A DNA stretch of 32,588 nucleotides from Collodictyon triciliatum (GCA_043381765.1 JBHJMP010000176.1:1-32588); one strand, 5' to 3'; counted from the stretch's first letter, positions 1-18,383 are shown. The notes: generated by a model from the sequence alone, not told the origin. Made by a program: numbers and translations.

Positions 1-69
1 AAAAAAAAAAAAAAAAAAAAAAAAGCATGTGAAGCATCCACCCTCATTTTACAATTCCCATCTAATAAG

Positions 70-192
70 CATATCAACTCCACTATATGAATGCCAGGAC
101 GCACTTCGAATGGCAGCTAAAAAGAAACTCGAAGGAATGAACTTCGATGATGTATTTTTCGCTAGGTGGGGCTTAGATTTATAGACATTCTG

Positions 193-225
<33 letters not shown>

Positions 226-882
226 CATACATACATACATACATACATACATACATACATACATACATACATACATACATACACACATACATACATACAT
301 ATACTTGGTGGTAATACTAAGCACGAATTTTGTATTGATGTGGTTGTAATTGAAGACATCTATACTTTCAGATTTGCAGGCGGAAAATCACTTCTGTTAA
401 ATGAGGACACACTGAGAAGTGTTGGAGTTACAGATGGAGACGTGATTGAAATTAACATCATGTCAAAAGTATGTTTCATTCCAATCATAGATTAAATTTA
501 AAAGTAAATGAAGAGATTGAGAAATAGCTACTCCACCCAAAAAAATCACACATGTAACTGTTCTGGGTCATGGGTGATATATTCAGTTTTCATCTATAAA
601 TGTTTCGTGTAATTCTTTCCCTTTTTTTTCCCCACCGATTCTTCGCATGTTCGATGGTGCTTTATAGGCCTCAAAGAAATACTCACCAACAATATGAAAC
701 AGCCCAGACACATCCGAAATGATGACTTCGGCTCTGCGGTGAATCTGGCTGGAAAACACAACAAACATTTGGCAAGTGGGCAAAGCTCCTCGACGATGTC
801 GCCTTTGATTCTGGCTTTTACATTAGTCATTGTTGTAGCGGCCACTTTGTTGAATACTATCTTTAAAACACCGTCATACTAA
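70..882 (+). CDS. 3' part of a gene encoding a ubiquitin-like domain, possibly with a C-terminal membrane anchor (5' end outside the window)
   Basis: Exons 70-165 and 372-468 join in frame via GT-AG: ...[53 protein letters not shown]. This resembles the C-terminal half of a ubiquitin-like fold. The last exon is ambiguous. The acceptor at 702 gives ...[27 protein letters not shown] (hydrophobic tail); the acceptor at 667 gives a short ASKKYSPTI* end. Confidence 0.55.
197..302. repeat. (ACAT)n microsatellite in an intron
   Basis: Directly visible tandem tetranucleotide array. Confidence 0.97.
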
Positions 883-1488
883 TCGCTGCAAACCAAGACC
901 AAATCATAGCATGTAAGGAAAATCCTCAAATATATATATATATATGAATTTGCCAGGGGTATATTCACATATCAGCTATATTTAAAGGGAGAAACGACAA
1001 TTACTGATGAATCCCAAACAAAAAAAAAACACAAAAGTATTCGGAAGTCGTTTATTTGGGATAAGTAAGTAACAAAGATAAATACCATGCAGGAAAGAAA
1101 CGAAAAAAGGGATGAGAAAGAAAAAGAGTACCGATGGTTTCACCATTTATCATCACATTTCCATAAAACACAATCCAAAAAATTACTAAGTGATGAATGT
1201 AGAAACAAAAACAAAAAAAGAGAGATGTGGCATATAATTCATACAAAATATTGCAAGGAAAAGGAATATCATAACCAAGAGTAAATTGTAAAGACGATAA
1301 GAAAGAATACAGCGATTACACAGCCGCAACTCAGCTGCAGTTGTCATCCCTGGCAGAATGCGCACCAGTCGATGGTGTGGCCTCTCTTGAAAGGATTTAT
1401 TCATTAGCACGTACATATCCACTACGCATTGAATGAAAGGGAAAGACACATACGTGCCGTTTATGTATAATAAACAACGAAAAGGGCC

Positions 1489-8239
<6,751 letters not shown>

Positions 8240-8478
8240 TTTCCTCCCTCCACGATCGGGTATAAAAAATGATGGGAGATAATGCCCCAGTCAAGAGGAC
8301 GGTCTTTTGGTGTTGGGAGGACTCAGCGCGCTTGATTCTGTCCTTTTGTATAAGAATACTTAGCCAGCAAATATATAAATATATATATCGATGTAAGAGT
8401 AAACTAATCTCTTAAGTAATAATGACGAGGTATTGGGAACACTTTTACAGGATTGAATCCCGATTCGCATTTTGGTGG

Positions 8479-8617
<139 letters not shown>

Positions 8618-8648
8618 TGCTCATTCTTCACTGCAGAGGTGTTGAGCA

Positions 8649-8685
<37 letters not shown>

Positions 8686-9063
8686 AAGAAAAATATAAAT
8701 GTTTGATTTCAAGTAGCAGCGAAGGCGATATTTGTACTGGATTTAATATGCTGTTCATCATTTTGTTAGCGTGCAGCATTTTGATCTGAGTGAGCCATGT
8801 TTCATTCGCACCGCGGCCTTTGTGCAGGACCGAACGAGAAGCTATGTAATCGCTGTGCTTTGCACTTGCAATCACCAGCAGAAAAGAAGCCTTTGAATGA
8901 GTCACAGGCGATTACTTTGACCAAGCGCACAAGCAAAAGAAATCCTTCCTGAGAAAAGCTTCTTCATACTTGAGGAAGAGGCAGGATCAGTCAGCTGAGC
9001 GCGCCGACTATCGAACGCCAGCAACACCGCCTGTGTTTTTTGTTTGTTTCAATCCCTTGCGAA

Positions 9064-9476
9064 ATGGAAGAGCAGGTTCTGCCGAAAAAGTGGACGCGAA
9101 CAACGACAAAGTGGAAAGCAAGGTACTTCTCAGCGATTGCAATAATACCTGAACTGGACATTCGTAGAAAATTCCCTCATGCGTCTAATTGTTTTGTTCT
9201 AATATGGTATGATTAAAATTGTTTAGGCTATTCATGGATTATGCACATAATTAGATAATTCTTTGTCCTAGGGAGCTCGGGTTTGTGGTGCAGACCACAG
9301 AACCCCCATATTCCCAACGACTATTTAGGATTCCCAATGCGTTTTATTCTTTTGTGTGGTATCAGGGAAAGGAGGGACAGCAAGCGGCCGAGATTCCGGC
9401 TTCTATGTGCCTCGCTTCTCCATGCCTGGCGAGCAAGGGTCTGTCTGCTGGCAAACAGGTTATGTCTTTCCGATGA
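9064..9476 (+). CDS. Speculative two-exon small ORF (~87 aa), no recognisable domain
   Basis: ATG 9064 to 9122, then an AT-rich GT-AG interval (9123-9271), then 9272-9476 joins in frame (MEEQVLPKKWTRTTTKWKAR|ELGFVVQTTEPPYSQRLFRIPN...). There is no homology support. Confidence 0.2.
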
Positions 9477-12410
9477 CAAAATGCTTCAGAACAAGGTAAG
9501 TAAGAATCTTAAATCCAATTGTCATTCCAATAAGGACAGCAACATTCTCCCCGATTGATCTGTGTTTGAGAGGAATGGTATAAATAATATTAAGGCTGAG
9601 TGACTATATATATGGAAAAAAAAAAGCAATAAACTGGATTTAACAAGACACATGAAGACCTGTTATTAAAGTCTATGGAGTCCAGGAATGCCTCTCCGTC
9701 TGGACACAGACATGTCGTTGGGCATCCGTATACATCTCGAGCATTCACCGTCACATTGTATTCAGATATGTAAATATCTTCGTCCGGAATGACGCACTCA
9801 GTCTTGTCACAGGTGAAAGTCAGTCCATCAAAGTCATTTTGAAGGAGCGCCTCCGATCCGTAATAAATGTAAGAAGTGTACTTGACCCAAGAAAAAATAA
9901 CGATGATGTTTTTTGTTGAAACATAGAATCCCGAAAACATTAGCCAAAGCATGTAAATTAAGCTGGCGATTCCATTCCCAAGGTCGAAAGTTGGCGCCAT
10001 GGCACTTATTGCAAGCCCAGCCGCCTCAGAGAAAAATGCTATTGCGAGCATAATTCCAAAGAATGAAAAGAACTGTCCAGCTGTGTTGGCCAACCCTACC
10101 ATGAAGTAAAGCACAGAAGAGAAAACCAGAACACATACAATTTGGAGTGGGACTGTACTCAGAGAGAGCCCTATGTAGTAAGCAAGCACGTGATATAGCT
10201 TTGCAGACTGCTCCCTATTGAATACTGCCCTTTCCGACGGATCTGATTGAAAATAGAACAAAGAGCCCCAATTAGAAGAATGGATGCCCAAAATATCGCA
10301 AATGAAGGGGATAAGCACATGTATTGTTGTTTTCATCAATAGGCTGTCGGAAGAACTATATTTTAGGAAAAAAGAAAAAAAACTCACAGTATGAGACAAC
10401 AGAAAACAAAGGAATGGACCCTATCATAGCAACGCACAGAAACAAAACAGTGGAACAGTCTTGCGCTCCTTGCTGAGTGTTATCCACGTTTGTATACAAC
10501 GCACCAAAAAAGAGAGCAAAGAATATGTACTGTATCAGAGTGCCCACTGCAATTAATTGGTCGCGGTAACTATGGCGGAAGGAACGCACAGTCAATATGG
10601 CGCATTGAGTCCAAAGGGGTGCTGGCACATGTTTGCTACTGAATCCTGTGTTTTCATGAACGGGACTATCCTCGATTTGAAGGATAGCCGAGCCAGCAAT
10701 GGGTGCTGAAGTCACACTCTTCTCAGATGATACCATAGCACTTTGTATTCTTTCAGTCACTTGATGACGACACTCTTCCACGAACTTTGCACGAACATCA
10801 GCTGGCATTCCAACCTGCCCGGCCCCACGGTCTGTCTGCAGGAGTTCGAGATAATATACAGCCGGGTTTTCGTACTTTGGGCATTGGAATCCCATCGAGC
10901 TGAAAGCAGTGACTGCACCAGATGTTGGGCCATGGTAGACCGCATCTCCCTCAGTCAGCAGCAGAATAGTATCAAACAACTCAAAGATTTCGACACGGGG
11001 TTGGTGAATGGTACACACAACAGTGAGTTGGTTTGTTGTCGCAGACTCGCGAAGAGTTCGAATTAAGCCAAATGCGGTGGAGCTATCTAGTCCTGTCGTG
11101 GGCTCATCCAAAAACAAGATTTCTATGGTATGCGGTATAAAAAAAAATTATTGTTTCTATTATGGTGAAAGCTCTGAGGAAAAAATTTCAAGACATTTTT
11201 TGTTTTTTGAATATATGACGCAGAAAAATGATTTCGACTAACTTATGCCCATTTATTAACATCATACCACAATATTCTGTTTTTGAGGAAAACAAACCTG
11301 GGCTTGTAAGAAGCTCTAAAGCAACTGCCAATCGCTTCTTCTCTCCACCTGAAACACCACGCACCAAAGCAGACCCCACCATTGTGTCTGCACATTTCAA
11401 TAGACCCAACTCACGAATTAGACTTTCAATCCGGGCATACAACACCGGTGTCTCAACAGAACCATCCATTTACAGCCGGGCAGCACACTGCAGGGTTTCT
11501 CTCACAGACATGATGCAAGAGTCACGTCTTCCTGTCGGACATATCCACACATCGACATCGCCAATTGCGGTGTAGCCAATCGGTGTTTCATTTAGACTTG
11601 ACCAGTGACCTTCGCCTCACTCATGGGTCTGCGAGCAAGAACATCCAGAAGCGAGCTTTTTCCGGCACCTAAATCCGTATCAAGATCTCATTTATCTAAA
11701 GTTCGTCAGATAGATGTCATTCATTTTTCTCTTCTTTTTTTCTTTTTTTTCTTTTTTTCTTTTTTTCTTTTTTTCTTTTTTTCTTTTTTTTTCTTTTTTT
11801 CTTTTTTTCTTTCTCTTTTTCTTTTTCTTTTTTCTTTTTTTCTTTTCTTTTCTTTTCTTTTTTCTTTTCTTTTTTCTTTTCTTTTTTCTTTTCTTTTTTC
11901 TTTTCTTTTTTCTTTTCTTTTCTTTTTTCTTTTCTTTTTTCTTTTCTTTTCTTTTNNNNNNNNNNNNNNNNNNNNNNNNNNNNNNNNNNNNNNNNNNNNN
12001 NNNNNNNNNNNNNNNNNNNNNNNNNNNNNNNNNNNNNNNNNNNNNNNNNNNNNNNTCTTTTTTTCTTTTTTTCTTTTTTTCTTTTTTCTTTTTTCTTTTT
12101 TCTTTTTTCTTTTTTCTTTTTTCTTTTTTCTTTTTTCTTTTTTCTTTTATCAGCCTAGTTGGCAAGCCAAGACGTGCATGCCTGACGGGCCAAGGATGGC
12201 GCAGATCTGGCCGGGCAAGATCAGCCCGCTGACGTCCTTAAGGATCTTCTTGTCGCCAATGTCCGCACTGACATGCTGAAAGTGGAGGCTGCTTCCTCTC
12301 ATTCCTGGGGCCACCTTCATGAGTTTGGAAGGAATACAAACACCGAGCGGAAAGAGACTCTCTTCAAGGGAGACATAGGAATTGTTTGAGGCAGGCCGTG
12401 TGAATCGCAC
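9460..12410 (-). pseudogene. ABCG (White/BCRP-type, NBD-TMD) half-transporter, disrupted
   Basis: Exons about 12410-12182, 11668-11298, 11122-10388, 10242-9660 and 9559-9460. Motifs: ILKDVSG, Walker A GPSG|AGKSS, GYVRQED, signature VSGGEKKR, Walker B ILFLDEPTTGLDS, TIHQP, and TMD motifs ERAVFNRE and WVKYTSYIYYG. Exon 2 has in-frame TAA at 11594-11592 and 11472-11470 and a 1-nt frameshift near 11510. The first donor is GC. The start codon is unclear. Confidence 0.85.
11724..12148. repeat. T-rich (CTTTT)n-like low-complexity tract containing a 100-N assembly gap (11956-12055), inside ABCG intron 1
   Basis: Directly visible. Confidence 0.95.
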
Positions 12411-13123
12411 GACTTGATCACTTCATAAATGTATCTGCAAGAGAAGAAGGTGCTTCACCACACATTTTCTTCTTGTTTCTTGCAGCTTTCTTCTATTGTC
12501 GTTCTGTTCTCTTCAGAATACTGGCTGGTGTTTTAAAGAGCAGGAGGCAAACTTTGAATCGAATAATGGAGAGAAAAAAAAGAGCAGGAAGCAAAGACGC
12601 AGGCGGGCAGGTTGCTGCCAGGGATCCTTCATATGACGCTCACCTCTTTTGCAGCAGATTGTGTTCTATGAGACAGCCACACCGTTTGTCATTTTGTATG
12701 ACAGCCGCTTGGCAATTCCCTGCAGTCATGCGAAAAAGGGTACATATTCGCTTGGGCTTCGAGGGTAACAAACTCGTGATGTTTTGTTTATCTATTGCTG
12801 TTCCTACTCCCTTGGGATAGAATGTGTGTGGAAGCGGAGTAATAAAGGTATAATTTTAAATGCAAAATACAAATAGGGTTAATCTGGTCGTGTTAGAAAG
12901 GAGCAAGAAGAGCGGCATCAGGTGTCTGGAAACTGCCCAATAAAAGGCTCCACCAATTAGCGACCTGGTCCGGCAGTTTCGACTGCACAGCGTCATACAG
13001 ATGGTGGGAAATCCAGATGGGATGAGCAATGAGCGGCCACAGCGGGGAAGGGAAAATATAGTCGTGTATGGTTGATATGTTGATGGATAGGAAGTAGGAT
13101 TTCCTCTTCGCAACTGGAGTGCA

Positions 13124-15332
13124 TTAGACAGGCGACTTTGATAGCTCTGTCGGGAATATTATAGTCCTGCATGAATGGTGATAGATAAAGACGATGAGGA
13201 TATTGCAGTCGAAAATCATGGTTAATACAAGGTGATAAAAATTCAGCCCGTTTTTTGATAAGATGCAGAAGAAAGAAAGGGAGCGTGAGGTATTAGTGTT
13301 GATAAGGTAAATTGAATAAAATATTTTATATACGAGATGCAAGAAAATTGAATAGGCAACAAGACAGCCGGTAGAGCGCTTTATGTGGATGCAAGAGTTG
13401 GAATACGATAGCAGTGTTGGCGATGGTATATACCGTGGCGTTGCTGGAGAAAACGATGCACGAAGACCAGACAATGTGATCCCGCGCGATGCAAAGGGCG
13501 AGCTATGTGAATCAACTCTTTGATTTGCGGCTGAAGAGCTGATTGTTGTTTCCTTCTTTGGTGTATGGACTGAATCCGAGCTGCGAGCACGACTATCAGA
13601 ATCAGCTGTCTCAGTTGGACTACACATGGATTAAACAGGTGAGGGGAAAATATTGAGCATTGAAATTTTCTCATTTATCAGTCAAAATGTTTTATATTTA
13701 TTAATAAATAAAAAAAAATCATTAACAAAAAAAAAAGTAGTGAGCAGAGTGACAAGCGCGAGATTAAATTATACAAAAATGCAAGAGGAATAAACCATCG
13801 TTTAACTTTGAGAACATACGATGAGTTTGTCACGTAACTAACGGAGCTTGTAGGACTGTCTTCGCTAGGGTGGTCGCAAGACGTTTCGGACTTTGTCGAT
13901 GAAGCCAAATCAGAGAAGATTATCTATGGGGAAATGAATTAATATTCCCGTGATAGGCCAATAGGAAGAAACAGAAGGTAAAAATAAAAAAATAGATTAT
14001 GATTCAAACGAATCATCCATGTTATACTATAAAGAGCACATTATGTTTCAACATATTGAGTAAAAAAGGTGTTAGTAGCTAATAGCACAGTGAAATATCG
14101 CGCTTAAATGGAGAGTTAATTGACTTACACTTTCATCAACCCCGCGACTTTTCAGGTCATTCTGAAAGGACTCTACATACGCTTCCAATTTTGCAGTGTG
14201 CTTTTTTTGCTGCCTTAGGTCTCTAGACACAAGCTAGAAGTTAAAGAGAAAAGGTATGGGTGAACGACTGAGGTCTTGGGTAGTGTAGTTCAAGAGATGG
14301 AATAAAATAAAAATGAAACCATAGGAAACCGCGGAAATGAAAAAAATTAAAATCAGCATAAAAAAGAAAAAGATAATAATAATCAATTCAAGTTGAACAG
14401 AAATGTTTTGACAGGATACAACTCCCAAGAAGTTGCAAGCAAACTTTGTTTAAAGAGAAAGAAAACCATAAATGTAATGCAAACATTTTGCAAAGTATTG
14501 AAGCAAAACTGCCCATAGGTCGAAAGTAACATATCATAAAACATTAGACAGATAAAGGTGTTTATGACCACGAATAGTTTACCCGAATATGGCTGCTGAC
14601 CGTGTCGATGTCCCCTGCAAGCTTCGAAAGGATACCTTCTCTGGACAACCGCTGTTTCTTTTCCAAAACAACTTGCTTCTCCGCCGCCTGTATGATAGAC
14701 AAAAAAAAAAAAAGGAGTCAAATGACGAAAGAAAGTGTTATAGGCGGAGTTGTATATGTTTTCTATGAATATAGGCTCGCTTCATTTGTTTAAACAGAAG
14801 TATTACTGCCATTCACACGGTTATGATATTTGACTACCAGAAGTGGTGTGCTTCTGGCAATATATGGACAGCAAGAAAGGATGCTACATATTGGGCTACG
14901 AGGATTACCTGTAGCTTCTTCTGGAGAACCTCTACGTTGGAGCTGAGACGGGCCTGCTTGAAGACAAACTGGCGAGTCTGAACACGCAGAGACGCTGCCT
15001 CGTCCTCCAAGTGTACAGCATGGTCGGCCAAGACAGCTTGAGCAAAGCGCAAATGCCGCCGCTCCGTAGACTGCCGCCAATACGCGCATACACATACACA
15101 GTTGTTTAGTGAGTTTAAGCGTATGTGGGGAACAGGCAAACAGCAACATTTCAAACATAAAAGAGACCAAAAGAAAAAAAGACAGAAAAGAAGGACAAAG
15201 AGAAAAATATTTAAAAAAAAAAACAATAACTACCTCGTGTACAAAAATGACATAGATCGCCAGGTACACAGCCGCTAGAAACGCCGTAAAGTCGCACAGG
15301 GAGAAAGACGCTGGCAATGCCGATGAATCCAT
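13124..15332 (-). CDS. Hypothetical 267-aa protein: N-terminal hydrophobic helix, probable coiled coil, Ser/Pro-rich tail; 7 exons
   Basis: Exons 15332-15234, 15070-14909, 14687-14583, 14233-14129, 13923-13820, 13619-13434 and 13166-13124 all have GT-AG borders and consistent phases (804 nt). Segments: FTAFLAAVYLAIYVIFV, ...LSSNVEVLQKKLQAAEKQVVLEKKQR..., ...TELSKSPV*. Confidence 0.72.
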
Positions 15333-15476
15333 CTCTCCCTCTCTTTCTTTCAGCGTAGCCTGCTCGATTGCTTACGCTCGCAGTCAGAATCGAGCCTTCT
15401 TTGCTGCTGATCGTGTGGGCGTCAAACACCGTGTTCGAGACTGTGGAACAAGCAGCTAACCAGGGTTTGTGCAATT

Positions 15477-15886
<410 letters not shown>

Positions 15887-15964
15887 TGAAAGCGCTGAGC
15901 CCAGGCGAAAACCTCCTGTGCAGATCCTCGCAACCCAACACAGAACAGACCACACACCTCCTTT

Positions 15965-17062
15965 ATGGATGAGACTTCAGAACAAGAACAGGCACCAAGC
16001 GTCTTCGTGGAGAATCTAAACTTCCGGTAACACCCCTTTTTTTTTTCTTCCCAACCTCCCCCTGACGAGCCTATTCCTCCTATAACCCGACCAATTATCC
16101 CCAAACGATACCGACACAACAAATAAAACAATGACAATCACTATTTACTTCTAAAAGAAAAGAAAAAGGAAAAAGATAAACGGAAAAAGAAAAAGAAAAG
16201 AAAAAATGAAAAAAATGAAACCCCGCCTCGAATGACAACCACGCCCTGCCCTGCGGAGACCAGGTACACGGCCGAAGGGGCTACGATTCTGGCGGACGTG
16301 TGCCTCTCGCTGCCTGCGGGGTCGCGGACGCTGGTGGTGGGGCTGAACGGGAGCGGCAAAAGCACGCTGCTGCGGATCCTCGGGGGCCAACAGGCGCTGG
16401 GGGCGACGGCCGGGGGGACTGTGCATCTCGGGGCGGGGCGACACCGGCCGCACCGGGACGGGCACACGCTGCAGCACGTGCGGGTGGCGGACAACACGGG
16501 GTTCCACCTCGCGTCGCAGGACACGGTGGGCCGGGTGCTCGTGCCGCCGTGCGACGGGGCGCCCACTGCAGCGCGCCGGCGGCTCTTCTCTGCGGCGCTG
16601 CACGTGGACGCGGCATGGCGCCTGGCGCACCTGTCCGACGGCATGCGGCGACGCGCGCAGCTGACCCACGCGCTGCAGCACCGCGTGCCGCTCTACCTGC
16701 TGGACGAGGCCGACGAGGGGCTCGACCCGCTCTTCCGCTCGCGCCTGCTGCGCCTGCTGCACGCGGAGACCTGCCTGGCCCACACCCACGCCCCCGACGC
16801 CGCCGTCCCGCCCTCCGTCGTCTTTGCCACCCACTACTTCGCCGGCCTCGAGCACTGGCCCACACACGTCCTCCACATCCGCCACGCCCGCGTCGTCCAC
16901 CTCCTCCCCATCGCAGACGTCCACCGCCGCGCCTCCCTCCTCGCCCCCCGCCCCTCGTCCGCTCCCGATGCGGCCCCCTTCGTCCGCCTGCTGGAGCACT
17001 GGCTCGACCAGGACGACGCCCTGCGATCCTCTCACGAAATCCTCGACCAGCGCTGGCCGTGA
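15965..17062 (+). CDS. CAF16: CAF16-like soluble ABC ATPase (yeast Caf16 / plant ABCI19-21 type), 2 exons, ~286 aa
   Basis: Exon 1 15965-16026 (MDETSEQEQAPSVFVENLNFR), GT-AG intron 16027-16263, exon 2 16264-17062. Motifs: LSLPAGSRTLVVGLNGSGKSTLLRILGG (Walker A), WRLAHLSDGMRRRAQL (the family's LSDG signature), LLDEADEGLD and FATHYFAGLEHWPTH (H-loop segment typical of the family). No TM domain. Confidence 0.85.
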
Positions 17063-17161
17063 AGTCCTCTCGCCCTCTGCAATAAAGCGCGCCGCCGCCG
17101 CCGCCGTCCGCTTTTGCTTCTCGCGCTTCTGGCATCTCTGCTGGTTGGCACATCGGTCCGC

Positions 17162-17769
17162 ATGCAAGTCTTTCTCTGAGCGCACAGTTTGTTTTTTTTT
17201 GTTTTGTTTTGCACGATGCTGCGCAACTCGTTTACAAAATGAACAGATACGCGCATACAGCGACAGCGACGATGACATGGATGGAAATCTCGGTTCCTCT
17301 TCAGAATCCTCGCACTCGAGCCCTCCACCGCCAACACCGGACAAGCCCGCACATCGCAAGACCCAAGAGCAGCGCATCTCCAAACCCCGAAAGGATACTC
17401 CAAAGCGAAGGCAACACAAGAACCAGCGCCCACCAAAGATAGTCCGTTTACCCTTTCCAGCTCGTCGCACCGAGAACCAAGGAGCATGAGCAAACACCAC
17501 AAGTCGAATGCAAGCTTGGAACTCCACACACCAAAGACAGTCCGAGCAAGCATGAGCGTATGTTTCTAAAACCACAAACGCGTATCCATACTCCGGTTAA
17601 GCAAAGTCCACTGCCGGCTACGCATGGTTTCGAAACCAGGGGACGGTCAAGCGTCACTTCCGATAATTCCAGACAAACAACAATATATCGCTTTTTGTCT
17701 GAATCGCCCAGCAAGAAACGCAAGGAAAGTGACCCGTTGTCCCCTCAAAAGACTCATCCTGTGGAATGA
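17162..17769 (+). CDS. Candidate small disordered nuclear protein with CDK-type S/TP sites, a PIP-box-like motif and a basic NLS-like patch; exon structure unresolved
   Basis: Frame A (17247-17489): IRAYSDSDDDMDGNLGSSSESSHSSPPPPTPDK...DTPKRR. The +1 frame (17461-17769): LVAPRTKEHEQTPQ...SPSK...TPVK...RQTTIYRFLSESPSKKRK...SPQK...*. A possible first micro-exon ATGCAA (17162-17167) precedes a GT-AG intron at 17168-17246. Confidence 0.45.
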
Positions 17770-18383
17770 AATAGGATGTAAACCTTTTTGAGATAGACGG
17801 TTGAAAAGACTCGTCGGAATCGATTTGAGAAGTAATTGCCATGTGCGCACTTTCATCGACCCGACAACTTTATCGTCTCTTCTCTCAGTCTCGAACAAAA
17901 CCAGAAAGCGCGTTGGAGCTGATTCACCTGGGAAGCATAGTCTGCGTGTGAGAACACCTTCTCTCCTTTCGTTCTTTTTTTTTTCATTCTCTTTTTCTTT
18001 TTCCCAAAATACAAAAACTCCAACCACACAATCCGGGTTTTCCACTGTATTGTCCATAGCCATTATTTTGTCCTAGAGGCAAAGGCTTTGTTTTCTCGCT
18101 TTGGTGAAATAAAAGGGAAATAAAAAGCATAATTCTGGAATTCAAATATTTCTTTGCATATACCCAAAAGGATTCATAATTATCAGTATGTAATATCTAG
18201 AAATATGTAGTAAATGATCAATTTTATCATGAAGGTTAATGCCACTTTCTTCTGCGCACGCCCACAGATTCACGAACTTTGACATGTCTCGCCCTCCAAA
18301 AGAAAAACCACTCGCAAACCCTCACCGCAGAAGTGAAGAGAAAGTAAGCACTTCAGCCCGACACCGAAAGACACATAAAGCCC

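Noticed and set aside
11470..11594. In-frame TAA codons as evidence of a reassigned genetic code (TAA=Gln)
   Set aside because: The kinase, GCFC and ABCB exons contain no in-frame TAA/TAG, TAA and TAG end several genes here, and the same exon also has a frameshift.
11605..12279. Poly-F and poly-K ORFs spanning the N gaps (also 15211-16137)
   Set aside because: Low-complexity tracts read through assembly gaps; not credible proteins.
12473..13113. Short ORFs between the ABCG locus and the coiled-coil gene
   Set aside because: No motifs or consistent exon structure; probably UTR or promoter sequence.
16141..17575. Long overlapping antisense and alternate-frame ORFs (474, 290, 261 and 167 aa)
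   Set aside because: These are shadows of the very GC-rich CAF16-like exon, where stop codons are depleted; only the 16264-17062 frame has ABC motifs.
17277..17769. Ornithine decarboxylase antizyme (70-codon ORF1 ending in TGA with a +1 ORF2)
   Set aside because: ORF2 is low-complexity and lacks the antizyme domain, and the shift site is not the usual UCC/CCC/GCG-UGA.
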